Shown: positions 45,452-55,488 of the stretch, in pieces | Layout: each line of letters begins with the position of its first letter | Numbering within the stretch: position 1 is the stretch's first letter | Assembly: GCA_035307765.1 (NCBI GenBank) | Contig: DATGHU010000041.1 | Location: 22,089 to 86,088 of the forward strand | Length of the DNA stretch: 64,000 bases | Direction of reading: 5' to 3' | Origin: a bacterium | GTDB taxonomy: Bacteria > Sysuimicrobiota > Sysuimicrobiia > Sysuimicrobiales > Segetimicrobiaceae | Program-made: the position numbers and the translations under genes | Notes under the pieces: generated by a model | The model's database searches: none | Seen by the model: only the letters and a program-made list of their open reading frames with translations | What the model was told of the DNA's origin: nothing

Positions 45452-46207
45452 ATGGAAGTGCAGCTGGTGCGTCACGCGACGCTCTTGGTGACGATGTCCG
45501 GTGTCCGGATCCTCGTTGATCCCATGCTCGGCGAGGTCGGCGCGGCCCCGGCGGTGGCGAATTCCCCACACCCGCGCCCGAACCCGCTCACCCCGCTGCC
45601 CCTGCCCGCGTCGACGATCCTCACGGACGTGGCCGCGGTCCTCGTCACCCACACCCACCGGGACCATTTCGACGAGGCGGCGGCGCGGTTCGTGCCGAAG
45701 TCGCTGCCCCTGTTCGGGCAGCCGGAGGACGAGACGAAGTTCGCTGGGATGGGCTTCTCCGACGTCAGGGCCGTGGAGGGAACGGCGCGCTGGAACGGGA
45801 TCGAGTTCCACCGCACGGGGGGGCGGCACGGGACGGGGGAGATCGGCCGCCGCATGGCCCCCGTGTCCGGGTTCGTGCTGAGCGCACCGGGGGAGCCCAC
45901 GCTCTATATCGCCGGCGACACCATTTGGTGTGCGGAGGTCGAGAGCGCGCTTCGAGAGTACGCTCCCTCCGCGGCCGTCGTCAACGCCGGGGCCGCGCAG
46001 TTTCTGGAGGGCGATCCGATCACGATGACCGCCGAGGATGTGATCGCGACGGCGCGCAGTGCCCCGGCCGCCCAGATCGTAGCCGTGCACATGGAGGCGA
46101 TCAACCACTGTCTCCTCACGCGCGCGGAGCTGCGCGAACGGGTCCGGGCCGGCGGGGTCGCCGATCGCGTCCGGATCCTCGGCGATGGTGAGACCCTCCG
46201 GATCTAG
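45452..46207 (+). CDS. MBL-fold metallo-hydrolase
   Basis: VRHATLLVTMSGVRILVDPM and THTHRDHFD (HxHxDH motif) are present. Confidence 0.8.
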   Translation: MEVQLVRHATLLVTMSGVRILVDPMLGEVGAAPAVANSPHPRPNPLTPLPLPASTILTDVAAVLVTHTHRDHFDEAAARFVPKSLPLFGQPEDETKFAGMGFSDVRAVEGTARWNGIEFHRTGGRHGTGEIGRRMAPVSGFVLSAPGEPTLYIAGDTIWCAEVESALREYAPSAAVVNAGAAQFLEGDPITMTAEDVIATARSAPAAQIVAVHMEAINHCLLTRAELRERVRAGGVADRVRILGDGETLRI

Positions 46208-46229
46208 CGGCGTCCCCCACGAGCTGCGG

Positions 46230-47576
46230 CTAGCGACCGCCTTCCTCAGCGTCGCCGCCCGCCGCGCCGACGACCTCGCCTACGGCTCCGAGGTGGCCGG
46301 CGGCGGATGCCGCCTCCGCCGCCGAGGCCGCACGCAGGTGCCAGCGGAAGACACCCGCGAGCGCCACCAACCCGACGGTCCCGCCGACGCCGAACGCGCC
46401 GGGCGCCCCCCAGATCTCCGCCAGCGCGCCGGTGACGAGCGAGCCCACCGGTGTCATGCCGCCCATCATCAGCGAGTAGATCGCCATCACCCGCCCGCGC
46501 AGGCGGTCGGGAGTGTTCAGTTGGAGCGTCGTGTTGACGGTGGCGGTGAACATGACCATGCTCGCCCCGGCGACGCCCAGCACGACGGCCGCGGGCGCAA
46601 AGTGACGGATCGTCGACAGCACGATCGAGGACACCGTGAGCGCCAGGGCTCCCCCAAACAACATCGCGGGGCGCGGCCCGAGGTAGGCGAGCGACGCGAT
46701 GGTGATCGCCCCGACGAGTGCCCCCGCCCCCTGCGCGGACATCAACAACCCGAACGCCGCCGCCTGCATGTTCAGGACGTTCTTCGCGAATACCGTGGTG
46801 AGGATCGTGAAGTTCATCACGAAGACGCTCTCGAAGGCCAGCAGGACGATCACCTGCAGGGCAACCGGGGTGCGGATGAGATAGTCGATCCCCTCGCGCA
46901 GGTGCGCCATCACGCCCGCGGTTACGCTGACGGTCTGAGAGGGGCGCACCCGCATCATGAGCAGGGCAAGGATCACCGGGATGAAGCTCAGGCCGTTTAC
47001 GAAGAACGCCCACGACATCCCCACCCAGGCGATCGCCGCCCCGGCGATCGCCGGGCCGATCAGCCGGGCGACGTTGACGATCGTGGAGTTCAGCGCAACG
47101 GCGTTCATCATGTCCGTGCCCTCGACCATCTCGAAGATGAACGCCTGACGGCTGGGCATGTCAAACGCCTGCGAGGTGCCGAGGATCGTGGCGAGGATCG
47201 CCACGTGCCAGAACCGCACCACGCCCGTGACGATGAGCGCGCCGAGGATGAACGCCTGGATCATCTGGACCGTCTGGGTCACGACGATGAGGTTTCGCTT
47301 GCGGACCCGATCGGCGACGACGCCGCCGATCAGCGCCAGGCAGAGCACCGGCAGCCACTGCAGGGCGCCGATGACACCCAGCAGGAACGGGGAGTTGGTG
47401 ATCTGGAGTACGAGCCAGGCCTGGGCGATCCGCTGCATCCAGGTGCCGATGAGCGAGATCAGCTGGCCGATGAAGAAGAGGCGGTAGTTCCGGTGGCGGA
47501 GGGCGGCAAACAAGCCGGGCCGTCGCCCCACCGCTTCGGGAGGCGCATCCGCGGGAAACCACGGGTCGGGTACCAC
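46230..47576 (-). CDS. MFS transporter (EntS/MFS_3-like)
   Basis: FAALRHRNYRLFFIGQLISLIGTWMQRIAQAWLVL is typical of this MFS subfamily. Start is GTG. Confidence 0.85.
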   Translation of the reverse strand: MVPDPWFPADAPPEAVGRRPGLFAALRHRNYRLFFIGQLISLIGTWMQRIAQAWLVLQITNSPFLLGVIGALQWLPVLCLALIGGVVADRVRKRNLIVVTQTVQMIQAFILGALIVTGVVRFWHVAILATILGTSQAFDMPSRQAFIFEMVEGTDMMNAVALNSTIVNVARLIGPAIAGAAIAWVGMSWAFFVNGLSFIPVILALLMMRVRPSQTVSVTAGVMAHLREGIDYLIRTPVALQVIVLLAFESVFVMNFTILTTVFAKNVLNMQAAAFGLLMSAQGAGALVGAITIASLAYLGPRPAMLFGGALALTVSSIVLSTIRHFAPAAVVLGVAGASMVMFTATVNTTLQLNTPDRLRGRVMAIYSLMMGGMTPVGSLVTGALAEIWGAPGAFGVGGTVGLVALAGVFRWHLRAASAAEAASAAGHLGAVGEVVGAAGGDAEEGGR

Positions 47577-47616
47577 CCTTTCATCTTATCACTCGACATG
47601 GTATCTTGGCTGTGGC

Positions 47617-49053
47617 ATGGCTGACTTGATTCCGATCGGGCTGACATTTGACGACGTCCTGCTGGTGCCGCGGCGGAGTGCCGTCAGCACGCGGCGGCAG
47701 GTGGAGACCCGGACGCGGGTGTGCCGCGGGATCGAACTCGCGATTCCCATCGTGAGCGCCAGCATGGACACCGTGACCGAGTCGGCGATGGCGAGCGCCA
47801 TCGCTCGCGAGGGCGGCCTGGGGGTCATTCACCGGTTCCTCCCCATCGCCGACCACGTCGCTGAGGTCCGGAGGGTCAAGCGCGCCGAAAGCGTGGTCAT
47901 CGAGACCCCGTACACGCTCGGGCCGGAGGCACCGGTCCGGCAAGCCGCCGCGTTCATGCAGGAGCACGGCTCGGCCGGCATCCTGGTGATCGACCGCGAC
48001 CGCCGGCTGCTCGGCATCGTGACCGCCCGGGACGTTCTGTTCGAGGAGCACCTCGACCGTCCGATTACCACGGCCATGACCCCGCGGGAGCGACTGATCA
48101 CGGCACCGGTCGGGACCCCGGTGGAGGAAGCCAAGCAGATCCTCCACCGACATCGGATTGAGAAGCTTCCGCTGGTCGACGCCGAGGGGCGGCTGGCGGG
48201 GCTCGTGACCAGCCGTGACATTCGAAGCCGGCTGCGGTACCCCAACGCGACGAAGGATCAGAAGGGACGGCTGCGGGTCGGCGCCGCGATCGGCGTGCGC
48301 GGCGACTTTCTCGAGCGCGCCGAAGCGCTGGCGGCGGAGGAGGTCGATGTGCTCGTCATCGACATCGCCCACGGCCATTCGGACCTGGCGTTTCGCACGG
48401 TGGAGGCCGTGCGCGCGCGGTGTCCCGAGATTCCGCTGATCGCCGGAAACGTGGCCACGGCGGAGGGCACCCGCGACCTCATCGCTTGCGGGGTGGACGG
48501 CGTGAAGGTCGGCGTCGGGCCTGGCTCGACCTGCACCACCCGGGTGGTCACCGGCTCGGGGGTCCCGCAGCTGACCGCGATCCTCGAGTGTGCCGAGGCC
48601 GCCTCGGCGGGCGGCATCCCGATCATCGCCGACGGCGGGATTCGGGGCTCGGGGGATCTCGTGAAAGCCTTGGCCGCCGGCGCCGAGACCGCGATGCTCG
48701 GGAACCTGCTGGCAGGGACCGAGGAGAGCCCGGGCGCCTCCGTCACTCGGAACGGGCGGCAGTATAAGGTCTACCGCGGGATGGCCAGCCTGTGGACTTC
48801 TGCGGAGCGCCGCGACATGCCGCAGGAGGACGATCTGCTCACCGAGATCGTCCCCGAGGGGATCGAGGCGATGGTCCCGCATCGCGGCCGGCTGGCTGCG
48901 GTCCTCGCCCAGCTCGTCGGCGGCCTCCGCTCCGGCATGAGCTACTGCGGCGCGACGACGCTTGGCGAACTGCGCGCCAACGCTCGCTTCATCCGGGTGA
49001 CCGAGGCGGGGGTGCGCGAGGGCATGCCCCACGACGTCGACTCCCTGTCCTGA
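47617..49053 (+). CDS. guaB: inosine-5'-monophosphate dehydrogenase
   Basis: [13 protein letters not shown]...[12 protein letters not shown], a CBS pair in the middle, the catalytic loop [11 protein letters not shown] and GGIRGSGD are present. Confidence 0.9.
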   Translation: MADLIPIGLTFDDVLLVPRRSAVSTRRQVETRTRVCRGIELAIPIVSASMDTVTESAMASAIAREGGLGVIHRFLPIADHVAEVRRVKRAESVVIETPYTLGPEAPVRQAAAFMQEHGSAGILVIDRDRRLLGIVTARDVLFEEHLDRPITTAMTPRERLITAPVGTPVEEAKQILHRHRIEKLPLVDAEGRLAGLVTSRDIRSRLRYPNATKDQKGRLRVGAAIGVRGDFLERAEALAAEEVDVLVIDIAHGHSDLAFRTVEAVRARCPEIPLIAGNVATAEGTRDLIACGVDGVKVGVGPGSTCTTRVVTGSGVPQLTAILECAEAASAGGIPIIADGGIRGSGDLVKALAAGAETAMLGNLLAGTEESPGASVTRNGRQYKVYRGMASLWTSAERRDMPQEDDLLTEIVPEGIEAMVPHRGRLAAVLAQLVGGLRSGMSYCGATTLGELRANARFIRVTEAGVREGMPHDVDSLS

Positions 49054-49134
49054 CCGCGCCCGGCTGTCCGGGTCCGCGCCGCCGGTTCGGCGCGCCGGGA
49101 GGATCGCCCCCCACCGGGCGATATCATCCCCGAC

Positions 49135-50319
49135 GTGATTGTTCCCATCCTGATCCTCACCGCGGTCGCTTACTCCCTGACGAACTCCTTCATCAACCCG
49201 ATCCTCGTTGAGGTGGCCCGCACCTTTCACGTCCCCGTGGGGGTGGCGGGCCAGGGTCGGACGGTGCTCAGCGCTGCCGGGGCCCTGGCCGCGTTCGCGG
49301 CCACGTTTCTGGCCGATCGGATCCCGCGGCGCCGCCAGCTGCTTTTCGGCGTCGGCGCGTTGGGGCTCGCGCACGTTGGGATGGGGTTGACGCACACGTT
49401 TGTCCTGTGGCTGATCCTCCAGGCTCTTGCCGGGATCGGGTCCGCGATCGTCGGGCTCGCCGGAACCGCGTCGGCGGGGGACTACTTCGACGAACCGACG
49501 CGAGGGGTGGCGATGGGGTGGATCACGACCGGCTATCCGATCGCGTGGATCATCGGGCTGCCGCTCATCGGGTGGATCGCGGATGGATGGGGGTGGCGCG
49601 CCAGCTATCTTGTCGCCGGTGGTGGGCTCGCCGCGGCGGCGTTTCTCAGCGTCCTGATCGGCCTCCCCGCCCCCCGCCACCATTCCGCGTCGCTCGTGCA
49701 CCACGTGGCCGGGTGGCGGGTGCTGCTGGCTCAGCCGACGGCGAGAGGCTGGGTGCTGGGGGAGCTGCTCTCCACCACCGCCTGGTCGGGGTTTCTCGTG
49801 TACGTCGGGGCGTTCTTCGCGCTCACCTACGGGCTCGCGCCGGGGAGGATCGGCCTCGTGGTGTCCGCCGCAGCGCTCTCGAGCGTGGTGGGCACGATGT
49901 CGTCCGGATGGGTGGGGAATCGGTGGGGACGGCGTCCGGTGCTCCTCGCGAGCACGCTGCTGGCCGCGGTGCTGATCGTGCCGGCGCTCGGCCTGCGCCT
50001 CTCTCCGCTCGGCAGCCTGATGCTGATCCTCCCGTACTACTTTACCAACAGCATCCGCTTTCCGACCTCGGGCACGATCGCGCTCTCGCTGCTGCCGGCC
50101 GCCCCGGGCACAATGATGGCCGCCCGAGGCCTCACCATCACCACGGGAGGGATGGCCGGGGCGATCCTGGGAGGGGTGCTGCTCGAGCTCTCGGGGTTTC
50201 GCGCCGTCGGGATCGCCTACGCCCTGCTCGCCCTCGCCGGGTGTGCGGTCTTCTGGCGGTTGATCCCTCGGGAGACGTCCTCGCCGGTTCTGCGCCTGCA
50301 GCGGGAGCCGGGGTCTTAA
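49135..50319 (+). CDS. MFS transporter
   Basis: About 12 TM helices and a DRIPRRRQL loop after TM2. Start is GTG. Confidence 0.8.
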   Translation: MIVPILILTAVAYSLTNSFINPILVEVARTFHVPVGVAGQGRTVLSAAGALAAFAATFLADRIPRRRQLLFGVGALGLAHVGMGLTHTFVLWLILQALAGIGSAIVGLAGTASAGDYFDEPTRGVAMGWITTGYPIAWIIGLPLIGWIADGWGWRASYLVAGGGLAAAAFLSVLIGLPAPRHHSASLVHHVAGWRVLLAQPTARGWVLGELLSTTAWSGFLVYVGAFFALTYGLAPGRIGLVVSAAALSSVVGTMSSGWVGNRWGRRPVLLASTLLAAVLIVPALGLRLSPLGSLMLILPYYFTNSIRFPTSGTIALSLLPAAPGTMMAARGLTITTGGMAGAILGGVLLELSGFRAVGIAYALLALAGCAVFWRLIPRETSSPVLRLQREPGS

Positions 50320-50365
50320 CGAATCCGGCTCCCGCTACCGCTTCCCGCAGTTCGAAGCGAAGGCG

Positions 50366-52135
50366 CTATGCCCGTTCGTCGACTTTCTCCAGTGCCCGTT
50401 CGGCCGCGTCGGTGGCGGTGTTGATCGCAAGGGTCACCCGATTGCGGTCCCGGGTCAGCCGGGTCAGCAGCGTCAGATGGGGATCGGTCCCCTGCGGGAG
50501 CTTGCGCAGCTGCTCCGCCGGTTGCAGGACCGGGATCGGCGCGACCGGGACCGCCGGGTCATGGTCGAACGGCCCGGCGGCTGTATAATTGATCGGGATC
50601 AGGGCACGGCCGATCCGGACAAGCGCGGCGTTCACGGCCGCGGCGGCGTCGCGCTGTTTCCGCGATCCCCGCCCCCGAAGCTCCCCCCCGATGCGGGCCG
50701 CGGCGGCCTGCAATCGCGCCGCCGCCGCGGTGAAGCGATCCAGGGCTTCCAGGGGAGGTTTCATGTCGAACGCGTCGCCGGCCGCCTCCTGGATCCCGCG
50801 CAGGGTGTCCCGAAGCTCGACCGCGGTGTCCTCGTAGTTGAGCGGGAGAACCGGCGCGGTGCACCACGCCCACAGGGCCAGCGCGTAGACCTGCGCGTCG
50901 CGCTCGAGGTTGGCCTTGTCGATCTTGTCCATCGTATCTTCGGTGGTATGCCACCACCATCCCAGCCCGCCGTGGTGCGATGCGCCTCCCGTGAGCGTGG
51001 CGAGCGCGGCGCCGGTTTCGGACTCTTTCGGGGGCTGAGCGGAGATGTCGACGAACATTGACGGCAGGCCGATCCCCCAGAACGACTGATCCCCCATCCG
51101 GCTGATCCGCCGCCGCTGCAAATCCTGGCCGCTGACCTGCTTGACGCACCGGGCGGCGAGCGCCCACGTCTCAGCCATGGTCTGCGCCTCGCTGAGCACC
51201 GTCGCGCCCTTGCCCCCGGCGGAATCCACGTTGAGATGCAGCACGGCGTGGCGGTAGAGGTCCTCCCAGTGGTTGTCCGCGTACCAGGTCGACCCCGAGT
51301 ACCGGCCGTGCGAGTGGCCGGACCAGAAGGCGAACCGGATGCCCCGCCGAAGCCGCTTCTGCTTTTTGCTGAAGATCCGCGCCATCTCCACCATCACCGC
51401 GTTGGCGCTTCCGTTGTCCATCGCCCCGTAATGCCAGGAGTCAACGTGGCCGCTGAACAGGACGAAGCGATCGGCCTCTTCCTGCCCCGGGAGATCGGCG
51501 ACGAGCAGCGGCGTCTTCCGCCAGCGGGTGTCAACCGCCGCGTGCAGGCGGACGCGAAGATCCCCGGCGCGGGCTTGGGTGCGCAGGGCGTCCCCGTCCT
51601 CCCTGCGCACCGAGACGGCGACGATTTTTGGCAGCGCCCCGACGTTCTCGGGGGTGGGGGAGCCCCAGACGGTCGAGATGATCATCTCGTGCAGCTCGGG
51701 GGGATTGATGAAGATCACCCCGATCGCCCCGGCCTGCTCCGCGGCGCGGGCCCGCACGGGCATCGCCAGGCCGTCGATAAGGACGATCTTGCCCCGAACC
51801 TGAGGGCCGATGGCGCCGCCGGCGTCCACCACCGCCCCCTCGAGGCCGCCTGAGGGGGTAGAGGCTGAGAAGGCGTGGGTGATGCAATCCACCCGCCGGG
51901 GGGCCGGGGCGGCGATCTCCACTGAGGCGTTCCCCGGCCACGACACGAGCGCATCGTGCTGAAACCGGTGGACCGCCAGCCCGAAGCTTTTGAGGGTCGC
52001 CTCGAGATAGTCGAAGGCGAGACGTTCTTCGTCGCTTCCGGAAAGTCGGATCCACCGGGAGATCTCACGGGTGTAGGTCATCAGCTTCGATGCGGATACC
52101 GCGTCTTTGATCGACTGCTCGGGATCTCTCGGCAT
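50366..52135 (-). CDS. PA-domain M28 family peptidase with TfR-like dimerisation tail
   Basis: AGGAGGGGAG lies before ATG 52135. The protease-associated insert (GKIVLIDG...AGAIGVIFIN), M28 core (FSGHVDSWHYGAMDNGS, FWSGHSHGRYSGS) and helical C-terminus are present. Confidence 0.8.
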   Translation of the reverse strand: MPRDPEQSIKDAVSASKLMTYTREISRWIRLSGSDEERLAFDYLEATLKSFGLAVHRFQHDALVSWPGNASVEIAAPAPRRVDCITHAFSASTPSGGLEGAVVDAGGAIGPQVRGKIVLIDGLAMPVRARAAEQAGAIGVIFINPPELHEMIISTVWGSPTPENVGALPKIVAVSVRREDGDALRTQARAGDLRVRLHAAVDTRWRKTPLLVADLPGQEEADRFVLFSGHVDSWHYGAMDNGSANAVMVEMARIFSKKQKRLRRGIRFAFWSGHSHGRYSGSTWYADNHWEDLYRHAVLHLNVDSAGGKGATVLSEAQTMAETWALAARCVKQVSGQDLQRRRISRMGDQSFWGIGLPSMFVDISAQPPKESETGAALATLTGGASHHGGLGWWWHTTEDTMDKIDKANLERDAQVYALALWAWCTAPVLPLNYEDTAVELRDTLRGIQEAAGDAFDMKPPLEALDRFTAAAARLQAAAARIGGELRGRGSRKQRDAAAAVNAALVRIGRALIPINYTAAGPFDHDPAVPVAPIPVLQPAEQLRKLPQGTDPHLTLLTRLTRDRNRVTLAINTATDAAERALEKVDERA

Positions 52136-52261
52136 GGCTCCCCTCCTGGTGCGAAATGCGGACCCTCGATCCATTCTCACCCGACGGCGATCGCTCCTGG
52201 CGCCGGGCCGGGCGAGAGCGGTGGCCGCCGCGCCCCCGCCGAAGGCCTGCGGGGCACCGCG

Positions 52262-53236
52262 CTAGCTCCCGTGGGTGGAGGCGGCCTCCTCGATCGAGGG
52301 AGCCGGTCCGGGCGTCGCCACGCTCCGGGATTGCAGGAGGCGTTCGATCGTGCCCACGATCCCCTGGCGAAAGATGAGGATGACCACGATGAAGATGGCA
52401 CCGGTCACCACTCCCCAGGCATCGGTCCAGGTCGAGAGGAAGTCCCGCAGCAGCAGCACCAGCGCTGCGCCCACGAGCGGGCCGAGCCGGGTCGCCATGC
52501 CGCCGAGGAGGACCATCACGACGACGGTACCCGATGTTGACCAATGCACGGCGTCCAGCGCGACAAACCCGTGGTTGATCACCCAGATCCCGCCGGCCAA
52601 GCCGGAGAGCGTGCAGGAGAGCACCGCGGCCAGCAATTTGAAGCGGCTCACCGCGTACCCGAGCGTCTGCGTCCGCACGTCGTTTTCGCGGATGGCGACG
52701 AGGACGCGGCCGAACGGCGAACGGACGATCCGCCAGCAGAGCAGCAGGCCGAGCGCCGCGAGGGGAAGGGCCGCGTAGTAGTAGGCGGTGGACGACGCGA
52801 TGGGCAGCCCCCCGATCCCGATCCTCGGGATTCCCTGCACGCCGTTTTCGCCGCCCGTCAGCGAGCGCCACTCGTTGACGACGTAAAACACCATCTGGCC
52901 GAACGCCAGCGTGATCATCGCGAAATAGATCCCCCGGCGCCGGATCGCCAGCGCCATCAACGGGAGCCCCAGCGCTCCCCCGGCGAGCGCTCCGGCCAGG
53001 GCGTTCAGCGGGTAGGGTATGCCCGCGCGCAGTGCGAGGATCCCCGCCGTGTACGCCCCCACGCCGAAGTAGGCGGCGTGCCCGAACGACAGCAGGCCCG
53101 TATAACCGGTGAGGATGTCGAAGGACGCGGCGAACAGCGCCCACGCCAGGATGTCGGTGGCCAGCACCGGGTAAACCCGCATCGGCAATAGGAACCCCAC
53201 CGCCAGCACCAGCGCCCAGCCGATCTTGCGGATCAT
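52262..53236 (-). CDS. livM: LIV-family ABC transporter permease (second system)
   Basis: FAASFDILTGYTGLLSFGHAAYFGVGAY motif is present. Confidence 0.9.
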   Translation of the reverse strand: MIRKIGWALVLAVGFLLPMRVYPVLATDILAWALFAASFDILTGYTGLLSFGHAAYFGVGAYTAGILALRAGIPYPLNALAGALAGGALGLPLMALAIRRRGIYFAMITLAFGQMVFYVVNEWRSLTGGENGVQGIPRIGIGGLPIASSTAYYYAALPLAALGLLLCWRIVRSPFGRVLVAIRENDVRTQTLGYAVSRFKLLAAVLSCTLSGLAGGIWVINHGFVALDAVHWSTSGTVVVMVLLGGMATRLGPLVGAALVLLLRDFLSTWTDAWGVVTGAIFIVVILIFRQGIVGTIERLLQSRSVATPGPAPSIEEAASTHGS

Positions 53237-53237
53237 C

Positions 53238-54107
53238 TTACCCGGCCTCCAGGCTGCCGAACAGGCCGGAGGGTCGCAGCAGCAGGACGAACGCCATCAG
53301 GACGAAGACGAGCAAGTTGGCAGCCGGCGGGTAGTACACAGCGCCCAGGGCGGAGATGACCCCCACCAGGAACCCCGTGACCACCGATCCGAGGATCGAG
53401 CCCATCCCGCCGATCACCACGATCGCAAACGTGGTGATGATCAGATCCGCCCCCATCAGGGGGGAGATGTTCCGCATCGGGGCGGCCAGCACACCGGCTA
53501 GCCCGGCCAGCGCCACCCCGAAGGCGAAGACCAGCGGGATCCAGCGGTCGACATCGACCCCGAGCGCCCGAGTAAGAATAGGGTTCTCCGTCGACGCCCG
53601 GATGATCATCCCGACGCGGGTGCGCTCGATCAGCCACCACGTGCCCAGGCAGATCGCGATCGAGAACCCCAGGACGAACAGGCGGTAGATCGGGAAGAAC
53701 ATGAAGCCGATCAAGACCACCCCTCCCAGCTGATCGGGGATGCCGTAGGGGACTCCCTGCACCCCGAAGCGCAGCCGCATCGCGTCCTGGATGGCGAGGG
53801 TCAGCCCGAAGGTGAGCAGCAGGTTGTAGAGCAGGTCGAGGTCGTACAGCCGCCGGAGCAGGGTGCGCTCGAGCACGTACCCCACCGCGGCGACGGCGAT
53901 GGGGGAGATAATCAGGGCCCACCAAAACGAAACCCCCAGCTGGACCCCCAGCAGGTAGGCCCCGAATGCCCCGAGCATGTAAAGCGCGCCGTGCATGAAG
54001 TTGACGACGCGGAGCATGCCGAAAATGACCGCGAGCCCTAGGCTCAACAGCGCGTAGAACGCGCCGTTGATCAGCCCGTTGAAGACCTGGACGAGGACCG
54101 TTCCCAT
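53238..54107 (-). CDS. livH: LIV-family ABC transporter permease (second system)
   Basis: VFNGLINGAFYALLSLGLAVIFG motif is present. The stop abuts the next gene's start with a 1-nt gap. Confidence 0.9.
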   Translation of the reverse strand: MGTVLVQVFNGLINGAFYALLSLGLAVIFGMLRVVNFMHGALYMLGAFGAYLLGVQLGVSFWWALIISPIAVAAVGYVLERTLLRRLYDLDLLYNLLLTFGLTLAIQDAMRLRFGVQGVPYGIPDQLGGVVLIGFMFFPIYRLFVLGFSIAICLGTWWLIERTRVGMIIRASTENPILTRALGVDVDRWIPLVFAFGVALAGLAGVLAAPMRNISPLMGADLIITTFAIVVIGGMGSILGSVVTGFLVGVISALGAVYYPPAANLLVFVLMAFVLLLRPSGLFGSLEAG

Positions 54108-54184
54108 CGGATCCCCGGTTCGTGGGGTGGGGGGAAGGCGCCGTGCTGGCGCCCTCCCCCGCGCCCCTCAGCGCGCGCGACCGC

Positions 54185-55438
54185 TCATCGCGCCATGTTG
54201 CAGTGGTTCTGGCTCAGCGGCTGGAACGCTTGACCCGCTGGAATCGTCTGGACGATCTTTGCGTAGTCCCCGGGTTCCTTGATCTCGCTCGGGGCCCTGA
54301 CCTGCGCCAGGTACACATCGTGGAGCAAGACGTGATCCTGCTTGCGGATCTCGGCGTGGCGGGCAAAGAAATCGTTGAACTTGTACCCTTCCAGCTTGGC
54401 GACGACCTTGTCCGGGTCATCGGTACCGGCCCGCCGAACCGCTTCCAGGTACTGCCAGGTGGCGGAGTAATCCCCCGCCATCGCAAAGGTCGGACGGACC
54501 TTCGTCCGGGCGAAGAACTCGTCGGCCCAGGTTCGCGCCTGCGGATCCATGTTCCAGGCCCACGCAGTCGTGTACAGGGTCCCCTGGAGCGCCGCCGGGG
54601 TGAGCGAGGTGATATCGGAGTCGAAGAGCAGGCCGATCGCCAGGTGAATCCCCTGCTTGCTGAGCCCGAACTCGTTATACTGCTTGACCAGGTTGACGAG
54701 ATCCTGGCCGGCCTGCATCGCACCGATCACCTGGAGCTGTGGCGCCAACGTTCGTGCCTTGATCAGGAAGGTGGAGAAATCCTCCGTCTCGTTCGGGAAG
54801 GGGGTGGGATCGCTGAGCATGACCTTGCCGCCCGCCTTTTGGATCGCGGCGGTGAACGACTTGTTCATATCCTGACCGAAGGCGTAGTTGGGGTAGAGGA
54901 TATACCACTGCTTCCCGATTTTCTGGGTGACCGGGTTCGCGGTGCCGTTCGCCAGCATGTAGGTGTCGTACCCGTAGTGGAAGGTGTACTTGTTGCAGTC
55001 TTCGTTCGAGAGCGCCGTCGTCGCCGGGCCGATCCCGAAGAACAGCCGGTGCTTCTGCGCCGCGACGTGGGCGATGGCGATGCCGACCGAGGAGGTCGGC
55101 ACGTCGATCACCGCGTTGGCGTTGTCGCGGTCGTAGAACTCCGCCGCCTTGGAAGCGCCCACGTCGGGTTTATTCTGATGGTCCGCGGACAGCACCTCGA
55201 TCGCGCCGCCGATCGCGTTCTGCCCGTACTTTTTCACGTAGTCTTCGGTGGCCATCTTGACCGCCTCGACGCCGTTCTTGCCGGAGATATCCGCGTAGAC
55301 CCCCGACTGGTCGTTGATGACCGCCAGCACAATCTTGCCGTGCGTCAACTGGACCGCCCCCTGGCCGGCCGCCGGCTGCCAGCCCGACAGCCCGAGGCCG
55401 ATCGCGAGTGCGCAGACCACCGCTCCCCACCGTTTCAT
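54185..55438 (-). CDS. LIV-family periplasmic substrate-binding protein (second system)
   Basis: GGAGGTG lies before ATG 55438 and a signal peptide MKRWGAVVCALAIGLGLSG is present. KIVLAVINDQSGVYADISGKNGVEAVKMA is Peripla_BP_6-like. The upstream part of track ORF 54185..56047 is antisense to livF and was discarded. Confidence 0.85.
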   Translation of the reverse strand: MKRWGAVVCALAIGLGLSGWQPAAGQGAVQLTHGKIVLAVINDQSGVYADISGKNGVEAVKMATEDYVKKYGQNAIGGAIEVLSADHQNKPDVGASKAAEFYDRDNANAVIDVPTSSVGIAIAHVAAQKHRLFFGIGPATTALSNEDCNKYTFHYGYDTYMLANGTANPVTQKIGKQWYILYPNYAFGQDMNKSFTAAIQKAGGKVMLSDPTPFPNETEDFSTFLIKARTLAPQLQVIGAMQAGQDLVNLVKQYNEFGLSKQGIHLAIGLLFDSDITSLTPAALQGTLYTTAWAWNMDPQARTWADEFFARTKVRPTFAMAGDYSATWQYLEAVRRAGTDDPDKVVAKLEGYKFNDFFARHAEIRKQDHVLLHDVYLAQVRAPSEIKEPGDYAKIVQTIPAGQAFQPLSQNHCNMAR

Positions 55439-55488
55439 TCTCCCACCTCCGTTTGGGGGCGCGCCCCCCCTACTGCCGCGCTCGGCGC

